This document shows, one piece after another, positions 8,703 to 16,844 of a stretch of DNA of 53,109 nt. This DNA comes from a virus (lineage: Duplodnaviria > Caudoviricetes): positions 1-53,109 of the IMG/VR virus record IMGVR_UViG_3300034190_001473; one strand, written 5' to 3'. Position numbers and translations under genes: made by a program. Below the pieces are notes generated by a model. It was not told the origin of the DNA, did no database searches, and saw only the letters and a program-made list of their open reading frames with translations. How positions within the stretch are numbered: the first letter of the stretch is position 1; the number at the start of each line of letters is the position of its first letter.

Positions 8703-8917
8703 GGTTTTTTCACCTCCAATGCGGGAGACGCCCCCGCCAAAGGGGGGGTCTGGTATGGGGTTTGTGACATGAAATGGGATTGACGAATGGACGTCGTTAC
8801 TATTTATAATCGCGTGAGCGTCGCAAGGTACTAATAGTTCTAACCGTTCAAACAAGGACAGTTGCTTCGCACTGTCCTCCCGCACAAGACTACTAGAACT
8901 AATAGAACTAATAGCGT

Positions 8918-10906
8918 TCACACCCACCTCCCAACTTCGTAGACGGGCAGACTTAGCTTGCGGCTGATGTCCTCTGTCGACATGCCTTGACCCGCATAGT
9001 ACGCAGCTTTTTGTTTCATGGATGCGGTGGACACGACGTACTGTGAGCCGTCGATTAAACTCTCAGCCCATCCAATAAAATGTGTCTCGTGTAGCTCTGT
9101 CGTCTGCCGCACCTTGCCGAAACTTATTTGACTGACCATGCGCAGACGGCTGTCAGGTCGTAGCCTTTGCTCAAGAAACCCAAACGGCGTCCACATTTTC
9201 CCATTGCCGTCGTACATTTCCAGATCGCCGTCCCACAAACCAGCCTTCGCCTTTGCGTCAGCCTTGCGCTGGAACACCTGTGTCACCATGACCTGTGTGT
9301 CGATGTCTGTGAGCTGCGCCGTGCTGCCAGCCTCACGACCAAGGCCATTCTCTCCCGGCTTATTGCGGTGGTGAACCATCACGACAGATGCGCCGAACTT
9401 ATTGCGTATGCTCTTTGCAACGTGATTAACTTTGAACCACTCGCTCGCGCTCGCTTCCTCAAGGCCACCGAAAGCATTTCTCACCGTGTCGATGACCACG
9501 ATGTCTGGCTTCACCGCTTCAAGCCATTCACCCAGTAGACGAAAGCCTTCCTCAGTAGACAGCACCATTTCGCCACCGTCTTCTGCGTTGATGAGTGACG
9601 GCGACCACATGTTAAATTTGTCCGACGTCTCGCCAAACATTTTCACAAAATTCTTAAACCGATACAGTATGGTGCGGCTTGGATTGTCGTAGTCGAGATA
9701 TAAAATCTTGGCTGGCTTCGTTTCGTAAGGTCCAAACTGTTCTTTGCCAGCAGCCATTGAGGTAAGTAAGGCTTGCAAAAAGAAAGACTTGCCGTGGCCG
9801 TTATACCCCACGACCTGAGTAATCGTGGCGGCTGGAATGAGCGGGTCGCACCAGTATTCTGTATCGCCTATGCTGTCGATCAGTCGATCAATGTCCGACC
9901 CCAGTATGGGCTTGAGCCTACCAAGTCGCACAGGTTTTTTTTCTTCGATTATCCGGTGGCCATCGCTGTCGTAATCAGACGGATAGTTGCGACGGTCCAT
10001 GTCTATTGCGCTGCGCACTTTAGTTTCTAGCCAACGCTTCGTCTGGTCGGGGTCGTAGCCAGCCGAGTTAAGGAACTCGTCGTTAAAATCGAGTGCAGCT
10101 TTGAGGCAATCATCACCAATGATGCCCTGCCTCACCTTCTGCCCGACGTACCTAACCATCAAGGCGTCGGTCCCGTCACCGTCTTGGAGCTTGCGCCCAA
10201 GGTGCGCGACACGCACCTTCGTCTGATCCCATATGCTTATAAACTCTTCGGGGTTGTGTAAGCCTACACCTGACAAGTCGAGTGACCCGAAAGAAAATTC
10301 ATCGCCAGCTTCAGACGCAACGCCTTTCCAAGGGTGGAGGTCTAGGTCGTCCCAGTCAGCGGTTGTTTCAAAGCGGTACTCGTGTTCAACGATTTCATCT
10401 TTTACTTTGATCGACGGGGGCATGACGACAAACCCGCCATCGCCACGAAAGTCTAGGCCTTCGACTTGTGGCCAGTCACGGCCAACGCCGCCGACCTTAT
10501 TGGCAAACCTCGTGCCTTGCCGTGGGTGCTTGAAGTAAAAGTGAGCGCCCTTCTTTGTGACGACTTTGTAGGGAGACGTCATCGCGTTCTTCTCTGCAAA
10601 CTTAATGGCGTCTTCGTTGTCGCAATCAACAGCAACGACACCACTCAGCTCACCAGTAATTAAACCGATGTTAAAATATTTTACAACGTTCCCCGACTTG
10701 GTACGGACACCTTCGGTAAACCAATCGTCTATCATGTCTTCGGTCACGGCGTTCGTCTGCCAGTCGATCCAGCCCAGCAGTGGGGTCTTGGACGACAGCG
10801 ATAGCGGCATGATGTTCCAGCCACGATCAATCGCTTCAAGTGCAGCCGTGTACGTGCGGCTCTTGTGCCTCTCTAAGTCATGTTCAGTCAGCGTCTTGCC
10901 TGTCAT
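8918..10906 (-). CDS. bifunctional primase-polymerase fused to RecA-family (AAA_25-like) helicase
   Basis: Prim-pol motifs NIGLITG, AVDCD, GAHFYF, LDFRGDGGFVVMPPS. Walker A GYNGHGKS, Walker B IVVIDT, VHHRNK. Start ATG 10906 after GAGG. Confidence 0.88.
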   Translation of the reverse strand: MTGKTLTEHDLERHKSRTYTAALEAIDRGWNIMPLSLSSKTPLLGWIDWQTNAVTEDMIDDWFTEGVRTKSGNVVKYFNIGLITGELSGVVAVDCDNEDAIKFAEKNAMTSPYKVVTKKGAHFYFKHPRQGTRFANKVGGVGRDWPQVEGLDFRGDGGFVVMPPSIKVKDEIVEHEYRFETTADWDDLDLHPWKGVASEAGDEFSFGSLDLSGVGLHNPEEFISIWDQTKVRVAHLGRKLQDGDGTDALMVRYVGQKVRQGIIGDDCLKAALDFNDEFLNSAGYDPDQTKRWLETKVRSAIDMDRRNYPSDYDSDGHRIIEEKKPVRLGRLKPILGSDIDRLIDSIGDTEYWCDPLIPAATITQVVGYNGHGKSFFLQALLTSMAAGKEQFGPYETKPAKILYLDYDNPSRTILYRFKNFVKMFGETSDKFNMWSPSLINAEDGGEMVLSTEEGFRLLGEWLEAVKPDIVVIDTVRNAFGGLEEASASEWFKVNHVAKSIRNKFGASVVMVHHRNKPGENGLGREAGSTAQLTDIDTQVMVTQVFQRKADAKAKAGLWDGDLEMYDGNGKMWTPFGFLEQRLRPDSRLRMVSQISFGKVRQTTELHETHFIGWAESLIDGSQYVVSTASMKQKAAYYAGQGMSTEDISRKLSLPVYEVGRWV

Positions 10907-11102
10907 TGATTGCGTCCTCGAAATATTCGTTGATGTTGAGATTGGGGTAGTGTTCAAGAAGTCGTGCGATTGTGGGCGTGCCGAAATAGCCCGTGCGGAT
11001 CGCGCGATATGGTGCGGTCCTCGTGTTGCCGAGCAAATTCGCCACGTTGCTTACGCCGCCACAATCTTGAACCAATCGGGCAGCGTTGAATTTTATTGCC
11101 AT
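10884..11102 (-). CDS. Cro-like small HTH protein
   Basis: GGVSNVANLLGNTRTAPYR; first gene of the divergent unit; AAGGAG RBS. Confidence 0.65.
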   Translation of the reverse strand: MAIKFNAARLVQDCGGVSNVANLLGNTRTAPYRAIRTGYFGTPTIARLLEHYPNLNINEYFEDAINDRQDAD

Positions 11103-11258
11103 GTGTTTTCTCCTTCTCCCCTGTCACTAATGCCCATTATACATATCGTCTACATATCTTGTGACGTTTGTGACACAGAATACGACACCTCTTTATTGTG
11201 TCTCGATATGTGTTGGAGTAGAAAGGAAAAGTTACTTCAACTTCTACAGGAGACTTCA
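11103..11258. promoter_or_regulatory. divergent promoter/operator region
   Basis: Gap between head-to-head genes. TGTGAC-type motifs at 11122, 11160 and 11169; ACATATC at 11141 and 11152, inverted near 11206. Confidence 0.6.
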
Positions 11259-11678
11259 ATGTCCGATTGGGATACAGAACCCGCCAAAGAAATTAACAAC
11301 GCCAGCCCTGCGCTGGTCGCCGCCGTCGCAGAGTACAAGCGCGTCGCGTCTACCTTAGAAAAATTGCAAGAGCAGCACGCTAGTCTGATTGAGACAATAG
11401 CTGCCGAGTTCCCGATGATGTCAGGTGAACAGGCGATTGATGTCGGGGGTATGACCGTCACATGTAATCGCACCGAGCGGTGGACGTGGGACGCCGAGTA
11501 CCTTGAGGACTTGTTTATGACGTCCGACACGCTGCCAGACCACGTCAAAAAGAAACTTACTGTGAACAAGCGGTTGTTTCAGAACCTCGACGACGCCGAC
11601 AAAGCTCAGCTAATCCCTGCGCTTACCAGAACCCCCGGCCCCGCAAAAATTAAAGTTATAGAGGTGGATAATGTTTAG
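11259..11678 (+). CDS. phage recombination-associated protein (Gam/Gp157-like, tentative)
   Basis: True start ATG 11259 after AGGAG; coiled-coil N-terminus; precedes the Sak4-like/SSB genes. Confidence 0.6.
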   Translation: MSDWDTEPAKEINNASPALVAAVAEYKRVASTLEKLQEQHASLIETIAAEFPMMSGEQAIDVGGMTVTCNRTERWTWDAEYLEDLFMTSDTLPDHVKKKLTVNKRLFQNLDDADKAQLIPALTRTPGPAKIKVIEVDNV

Positions 11679-12474
11679 CCCACAGAACACAAAAGACGAG
11701 ACGACTAGCTTTCAGAAGTCGTTGTTCTTCGCGCCTCATGGCTATGGAAAAACTACGCAGTTTAAATACTTGCAGGATTATTACGGCAAGGGTTTCATCA
11801 TATCTGGTGAGAGCGGCCTGTCATCTATCCGCTCTGCGAACATAGACTTCTTACCCTTTAATTCGTGGAAGGGTAAGTCGGACCCGACGTCTGGTGACTA
11901 CTCATTTGTAGACATATTCCGCTGGATGAAAACGCCAGAGTTTAAGGCGAAGGATTATAAGTGGGTGGGAATAGACAGCCTTACGGAACTGTCCTCTCAC
12001 TCACTGAAATCTGCACAGCAAGACAGCGACGAAGAGGCTCAACGCCAAGGCAAGAAAAACGCCAACGGCTTTGAGGCGTGGGCCAAGCACAGCGCCAATT
12101 TAATCGGTGCGTGCAAGGCCATCAGAGATATGCCTATGCACTTTCTTGTCACGGCACTTGCAAAAGAAAGCCAAGACGAGAACGGCAACACAGAACACTG
12201 GCCCTTCCTCGACGGTAAGGCGGTGCAGCAAGCACTGCCGGGGATTTTTGACAACGTCTTTGCTGGCGTGCGTGCCACGGCTGGCGACCAAGGCAACCAG
12301 CAAGTCATCCGCTACATAATTACGGACGACGTGAAGGGATGGAAGGGCAAGGTTCGTGATGAGAAGCGGCGTCTTGCTCCCGTTGAGACGACAGGAAACG
12401 TAGTCGACTTGTTTAAGAAGATGGCAATGTCCGACGCAGATTTTAAGAAACTTTCAACCAAGGAAACAGCATGA
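11671..12474 (+). CDS. AAA_24 / Sak4-like phage P-loop ATPase
   Basis: APHGYGKTT, ISGESG, IDSLTEL; adjacent to an SSB gene. Confidence 0.8.
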   Translation: MFSPQNTKDETTSFQKSLFFAPHGYGKTTQFKYLQDYYGKGFIISGESGLSSIRSANIDFLPFNSWKGKSDPTSGDYSFVDIFRWMKTPEFKAKDYKWVGIDSLTELSSHSLKSAQQDSDEEAQRQGKKNANGFEAWAKHSANLIGACKAIRDMPMHFLVTALAKESQDENGNTEHWPFLDGKAVQQALPGIFDNVFAGVRATAGDQGNQQVIRYIITDDVKGWKGKVRDEKRRLAPVETTGNVVDLFKKMAMSDADFKKLSTKETA

Positions 12475-12968
12475 GCTTTTCATTCGACAAACTAAATCTA
12501 GGCGGCGTCCAAGCGTCAGGCGCTTCGACTATGCTACGAGCGGGACGATACGTCTGCACGGCAAGAAATGCTGCGCTGAGCGACACTAAGTCTGGCGGCA
12601 AATACATTGAGGTCGAGCTAAACGACAACAATGACATGGGCAGCATCAGGGCCTATCTTAATATACATATCCCTGCTTCTGAAACTGCCACACGCATTGG
12701 ACGTGAGCAGCTCAAAGCTCTACTAACATTCGGCGGTCATAAAGACCCAGACAATATCGGAAAGCATGGCATCGCCAGCATCAACGGCTTGAAGACAGGC
12801 GTGCTAGTCGTGTCGGAGAGCTACATCAAAGACGGCGAGACGCGAACTGGCTCAAAGGTCAAAGGCTTCTTTGATCCAAAGGGCTTCGTCCCCACAGTAT
12901 CACCATCGCCACAAAGCGCCCAAGCACCTTCTGTGGCCCCGCCGTTGGATGACGACATTCCATTTTAA
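12471..12968 (+). CDS. single-stranded DNA-binding protein (DUF669-like)
   Basis: LRAGRYVC, TKSGGKYIEVEL; acidic tail DDDIPF. Confidence 0.78.
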   Translation: MSFSFDKLNLGGVQASGASTMLRAGRYVCTARNAALSDTKSGGKYIEVELNDNNDMGSIRAYLNIHIPASETATRIGREQLKALLTFGGHKDPDNIGKHGIASINGLKTGVLVVSESYIKDGETRTGSKVKGFFDPKGFVPTVSPSPQSAQAPSVAPPLDDDIPF

Positions 12969-12992
12969 CCTCCCAGAATGGGATGTCGAACT

Positions 12993-13068
12993 GGGGCCGA
13001 GACACTGTGAGTATGCCCGACGTATATCGTCGCCGCGCTCGGACTTTGTGAAACTCGGCCCCTTTTTT
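12993..13068 (+). terminator. long hairpin / intrinsic terminator
   Basis: GGGGCCGAG (12993-13001) pairs with CTCGGCCCC (13054-13062), followed by T6. Inner CGACG/CGTCG stem. Confidence 0.6.
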
Positions 13069-13091
13069 AAACGAGCAAATGGACAGGGCAA

Positions 13092-13898
13092 ATGGACAAA
13101 TGGACAGCGTGTCCAGACATTACAAGTCTGATAACTGAGGCGTACCGAGAGGAACGACGTGGCACGCCGAGACAATACATCGGTGCGTCGGGCATTGGCC
13201 AGCAATGCCTTGCCAGCATAGCCTTTTCTTATAGAGGCTACCCCGACACGGCCCCCGAACCACAGCTCAAAAGAATTTTTCGTGACGGACACAAAATAGA
13301 ATACGACGTTGTGAAAGACATGAGAAAAGCTGGCGTTCACGTTATGGAGAATGACCCGCTCACAGGTAAGCAGTGGCGGTGGACAGGATACGGCGGCTTA
13401 GTTATGGGCAACGCTGATGGGCTGATGGAAGTCGATGGCGTTCTGGTTGGCGTCGAGATCAAGTCGATGAATATGGCCAAGCACGCCGAGTTTATTAAGA
13501 AGGGCGTGAAGGGATCGCACCCAAGCTACTACGACCAGATGCAATGTATGATGGGGCTGTCGAATATCCAGCGGTTTGTGATCGTCGCGTACAACAAAAA
13601 CAATTCCGCGTATCACCATGAGTATGTAGACTTCGACGACTTTCGGTGGGCGTTCCTCACGACCAAGATCGAAGACGTGCTGAACAACCGAGTGCGGCGT
13701 GTGGCGACAGACGAGAGCGACTGGCGTTGCAAAGGTTGCTTCAAGCGTGATGCTTGCTGGAAAGGTGACGAGCCAGAAGAAAAATCAGTAAGGACGTGCG
13801 GTAACAGCTACGCAGATAACGATGGCGTACTGCACTGCAACAAGTGCGACGCTCTGATGTGTACTGATTGGAAGAAATTTGAGCCGAGGCCGACATGA
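13092..13898 (+). CDS. Cas4-like PD-(D/E)XK exonuclease with Fe-S cysteines
   Basis: ASGIGQQC, GNADG, VEIKS, QMQCMMG, CKGCFKRDAC. Confidence 0.82.
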   Translation: MDKWTACPDITSLITEAYREERRGTPRQYIGASGIGQQCLASIAFSYRGYPDTAPEPQLKRIFRDGHKIEYDVVKDMRKAGVHVMENDPLTGKQWRWTGYGGLVMGNADGLMEVDGVLVGVEIKSMNMAKHAEFIKKGVKGSHPSYYDQMQCMMGLSNIQRFVIVAYNKNNSAYHHEYVDFDDFRWAFLTTKIEDVLNNRVRRVATDESDWRCKGCFKRDACWKGDEPEEKSVRTCGNSYADNDGVLHCNKCDALMCTDWKKFEPRPT

Positions 13899-14122
13899 AA
13901 ATTAAAAACAAAAAGAAAATGATTGTTGATCTTGAGTTGCTGGAACAGAGCGTGGTCACACGCATTGCAGACTTAGAATGGATGATTGAATGGGGTGACG
14001 ATAGACCTGACCAGACTGACGTCGAGGCCAGCCTGTCTGACAGACGTAAGGCATACGACAAACTCAAGTACATTCGCAAAGACATAGCCATCCTGAGAAA
14101 AGAGGTGATTGATTGTGAATAG
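13895..14122 (+). CDS. hypothetical protein
   Basis: ATGA-coupled 75-aa ORF. Confidence 0.65.
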   Translation: MKIKNKKKMIVDLELLEQSVVTRIADLEWMIEWGDDRPDQTDVEASLSDRRKAYDKLKYIRKDIAILRKEVIDCE

Positions 14123-14654
14123 GTTAGTAGCTTTTGTCGGGCCAATCGGCAGCGGAAAATCTGTATGCGCGGATTACTTATGCTCACATTATGGCTATAC
14201 TAAAATCAAGTTCGCTGGTCCGTTGAAACGTATGCTCAAAGAGATGGGCTTGACCGACGAACACCTTGAGGGTGCGCTTAAAGAGCAGCCTTGTGACATA
14301 CTTGACGGGAGAACACCACGATGGGCGATGCAGACACTTGGAACGGAATGGGGGCGAGACCTAATCAGCGAGCGGTTATGGGGCAACGTGTGGCAACATC
14401 GGGCCGATCAACTTCTGCTGACGCAGCCAGTCGTGACAGACGATTGTCGCTTTCAGAACGAAGCGGAGAGGGTCAAGTCGATGGGCGGGATAGTAGTACG
14501 GGTGTCACCACCGGACAGCCACTCGACAGGGACCGCCGCAAATCATAGCAGCGAGCAATACGACTACGAAGTAGACATGACAATCAAAAATCCCGGCGAT
14601 AATTCTTTGCACAAGGCGCTGGATTTTCTTGCGTGTGGAACTGTCATAAAGTAA
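14109..14654 (+). CDS. deoxynucleoside monophosphate kinase
   Basis: GPIGSGKS, FAGPLK, TPRWAMQTLGTEWGR, DDCRFQNE, HSSE, typical of phage dNMP kinases. Confidence 0.88.
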   Translation: MIVNRLVAFVGPIGSGKSVCADYLCSHYGYTKIKFAGPLKRMLKEMGLTDEHLEGALKEQPCDILDGRTPRWAMQTLGTEWGRDLISERLWGNVWQHRADQLLLTQPVVTDDCRFQNEAERVKSMGGIVVRVSPPDSHSTGTAANHSSEQYDYEVDMTIKNPGDNSLHKALDFLACGTVIK

Positions 14655-14754
14655 AACATTACAGAGGGTTGGCCGAGGACGCAGTTGGGTCACATTTGTT
14701 TTAATCGCTGACCCTCACGACCCTTCCGGCTAGGTTACGCACTGCGACGAAGGG

Positions 14755-15189
14755 TCAACCTAACCACAGCCAGACCCCCGCAAACATACCCGCGACTAGG
14801 GTGACAAACAAGACGACAGCGCATGTCATTTCTATTTTGTTTCGTAGTTCTTCTCGCCGTCGTTCTTCTTCTTCTCTTCTTTTCTTCTTGATTTCGCCCC
14901 TGACTTTAAGCAAAGCATCCCACGCATAAAATCCTCGGCTGGCTATCACAGCTTTCTTAAGCTCTACTTCTAAGTCGTTGCATTTCTGCTGGGCGGCGTA
15001 AGTCTCAAGCGCCTCTTCGTTGATGGACTTGCCAGACCGCTTCTTCTTTTTTTTGTGGCCGTCCCTGACTTCGTCAATGGCTCCCCACATTTTTCCGATG
15101 TCGCCCATCATGCTGTGGGCATCTTTGCCCAGCTTTACACCAGACTTAATCGCAGCGAACGCTGCGACTGCGACTGATATAGGCTCCAC
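14755..15189 (-). CDS. hypothetical membrane-anchored protein
   Basis: Coiled coil plus C-terminal transmembrane helix; last gene of the lysis region. Confidence 0.7.
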   Translation of the reverse strand: MEPISVAVAAFAAIKSGVKLGKDAHSMMGDIGKMWGAIDEVRDGHKKKKKRSGKSINEEALETYAAQQKCNDLEVELKKAVIASRGFYAWDALLKVRGEIKKKRREEEERRREELRNKIEMTCAVVLFVTLVAGMFAGVWLWLG

Positions 15190-15192
15190 GAC

Positions 15193-15390
15193 TTAGCCCT
15201 TTGCTGCTTTTCTGGCAGCTTCTCTATCTAGTATTTTTTGAATGATTGCCGCCGCTTCTTTGCTAACTGTCGAAGGTATCTGCTCGCTAGTCGTTCGTTT
15301 TTTTGACCACTCTTGCACACCATTCATTCCGTTAAGGCGGTCCATTGTATTGGCGCTTACCTTCGGCACTTTGTCTTTCTTATGTCCCAT
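15193..15390 (-). CDS. hypothetical protein
   Basis: 65-aa ORF packed between neighbours; GGAGG RBS. Confidence 0.6.
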   Translation of the reverse strand: MGHKKDKVPKVSANTMDRLNGMNGVQEWSKKRTTSEQIPSTVSKEAAAIIQKILDREAARKAAKG

Positions 15391-15391
15391 G

Positions 15392-15829
15392 TCAGCCCTC
15401 CATCAGCCAGTCTTCGACGTCGAAACAGGGACATGCCTTGTTCGACCATTCGTTGTGTCCTGAGATAGTAGTAATCGTTGGATGTTTTTCCTTTAGGTCT
15501 GCGATTAAATTGCGCAGCGCGACGTCTTGCTCAGCAGTAAAGTTATCCTTGAAGATGTCGTGAGCCTCGCCGCCACGTCCCCCCAAAAGTGTCACGCCGA
15601 CAGAGTGTTTGTTGCGACCACGGCAATGCGCTCCACTATGACCGATAGGCCGAGCTGATCCGACGTCGCCCTGACGATTGATGGCGAAATGGTATCCACA
15701 ATTTTTCCACCCCCGGTCCTCCACATGCCAGCGCGTCAACTCTTTGACAGCGTCTTCGACTGGCTTATCCTCGTACCAAGACGGCCTAGTCGCGGTGCAG
15801 TGAATTATGATTTCAGTCAGCTTTCTCAT
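15392..15829 (-). CDS. endolysin, N-acetylmuramoyl-L-alanine amidase (T7 lysozyme-like)
   Basis: IIIHCTAT, GYHFAI, GAHCRG, GHNE, KACPCFDV. Start moved to ATG 15829 after GGAG. Confidence 0.92.
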   Translation of the reverse strand: MRKLTEIIIHCTATRPSWYEDKPVEDAVKELTRWHVEDRGWKNCGYHFAINRQGDVGSARPIGHSGAHCRGRNKHSVGVTLLGGRGGEAHDIFKDNFTAEQDVALRNLIADLKEKHPTITTISGHNEWSNKACPCFDVEDWLMEG

Positions 15830-15989
15830 CGGCTTTCTCCTTGATGAGTTTTCTTTGTCGTTCGATTTCGTCGCGCTGCGTTTCAAGCTCGACGAACTGC
15901 TTGTCGATTTTATTGGGATGGGGAAATCCCACGACATTGTCGTGCCAAACAGACGTAAACTCCCGGTCATCCGACGTGTCATAACTCAC
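15813..15989 (-). CDS. small hypothetical protein (58 aa, not in ORF track)
   Basis: GTGA overlap with the holin stop; MSYDTSDDREF...EKADEKAD*. Confidence 0.55.
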   Translation of the reverse strand: MSYDTSDDREFTSVWHDNVVGFPHPNKIDKQFVELETQRDEIERQRKLIKEKADEKAD

Positions 15990-16375
15990 TTCCCCTTACC
16001 GAAATATTGTGTTGCGCCACGGATACCGAAGCTGGCTGCGACTACACATCCCCACGTATAGATGAACCAATCAGGGGCTTGCTCCAATGCAGCGAAGCCA
16101 TCAAAGACTATGTCTCTCCCAGTCTCCCCAGTGAAGCAAACTATAATGGGGAGGCTCATCAGGATTGTAATATACTCATCCTTCCACGACGACTTTGAGC
16201 CTTCGGCCATGATCTTTTCCCAGTTGGCCTCGCTCTGGGCTTGGGACATAAGTATCTGGGACTTGGCCTCGGCCTCTGAGACTTTCATCTTAGTCTCTGC
16301 CGCTTTTGTTTCGACTTTGCCTTGAAGCCATGTGCCAGCAAGACTAGAGAGTGGGCCAATGAGTGCTTGGATCAT
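15986..16375 (-). CDS. holin (3-TM, gene-transfer-release-like family)
   Basis: SWKDE motif, hydrophobic segments, VAASFGIR; next to the amidase. Confidence 0.7.
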   Translation of the reverse strand: MIQALIGPLSSLAGTWLQGKVETKAAETKMKVSEAEAKSQILMSQAQSEANWEKIMAEGSKSSWKDEYITILMSLPIIVCFTGETGRDIVFDGFAALEQAPDWFIYTWGCVVAASFGIRGATQYFGKGK

Positions 16376-16590
16376 CGCTCCTTACCTCCCGCAACAAAGT
16401 ACGAGGCAACCAGCCCAGACAGCGCTAAATACTGAGCCATCAAAATACTTTCGGCGGCTTCAACTCGCGCTGGGTCGTACAAGGTAACAGCCGTAGCGAC
16501 TAGCATCATCACCATTGCTGCCCAACACATATGTCGGCGGTTGGCTTGGTAAGTCTTGAAGTCGATATGTTCACGTTCTTCCTGTGTCAT
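16372..16590 (-). CDS. small two-TM membrane protein
   Basis: Two hydrophobic helices; lies in the lysis cluster. Confidence 0.65.
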   Translation of the reverse strand: MTQEEREHIDFKTYQANRRHMCWAAMVMMLVATAVTLYDPARVEAAESILMAQYLALSGLVASYFVAGGKER

Positions 16591-16844
16591 TCCTCAAATC
16601 CTTCTTTAAGACCTTCCATGATCTCTTTGACCGTAGGACGGCGCTTGGTGTTGGGCGAGTAGCGACACTGAAACGACTTGGGACACTCAGTGTAGCTGAA
16701 CGAAGGGTAATGATACGCCGTCGTTCGGTTTGGACCGAGATAGATGCACACCATTTCGCCCGAAATTTTTGTGCGCTTGGCCAGTTGGCAAGTGACGTAG
16801 TCTGGGGTGGCCAGTCCCGCGACTAAGATTGCTGCAAACCACAT
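16587..16844 (-). CDS. small Cys-containing exported protein
   Basis: Signal-like N-terminus, four Cys; TGATG coupling to the giant gene. Confidence 0.65.
   Translation of the reverse strand: MWFAAILVAGLATPDYVTCQLAKRTKISGEMVCIYLGPNRTTAYHYPSFSYTECPKSFQCRYSPNTKRRPTVKEIMEGLKEGFEE

Noticed and set aside
10605-11258. Long N-terminal extensions of ORF-track calls (also starts 8927, 10957, 15982, 35477, 37771, 42008, 44844, 50799)
   Set aside because: They overlap other genes or regulatory DNA; downstream starts have clear RBSs or stop/start coupling.
13092-13898. Cas4-like gene as part of a CRISPR system
   Set aside because: No repeat-spacer array or other cas genes seen; the context (Sak4-like ATPase, SSB) is a phage recombination module.
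14664-14756. HDV-like ribozyme (GGCCG...CGGCT, CGAA-GGGTC resemblance)
   Set aside because: P3/L3 and a full 7-bp P1 cannot be formed on either strand.
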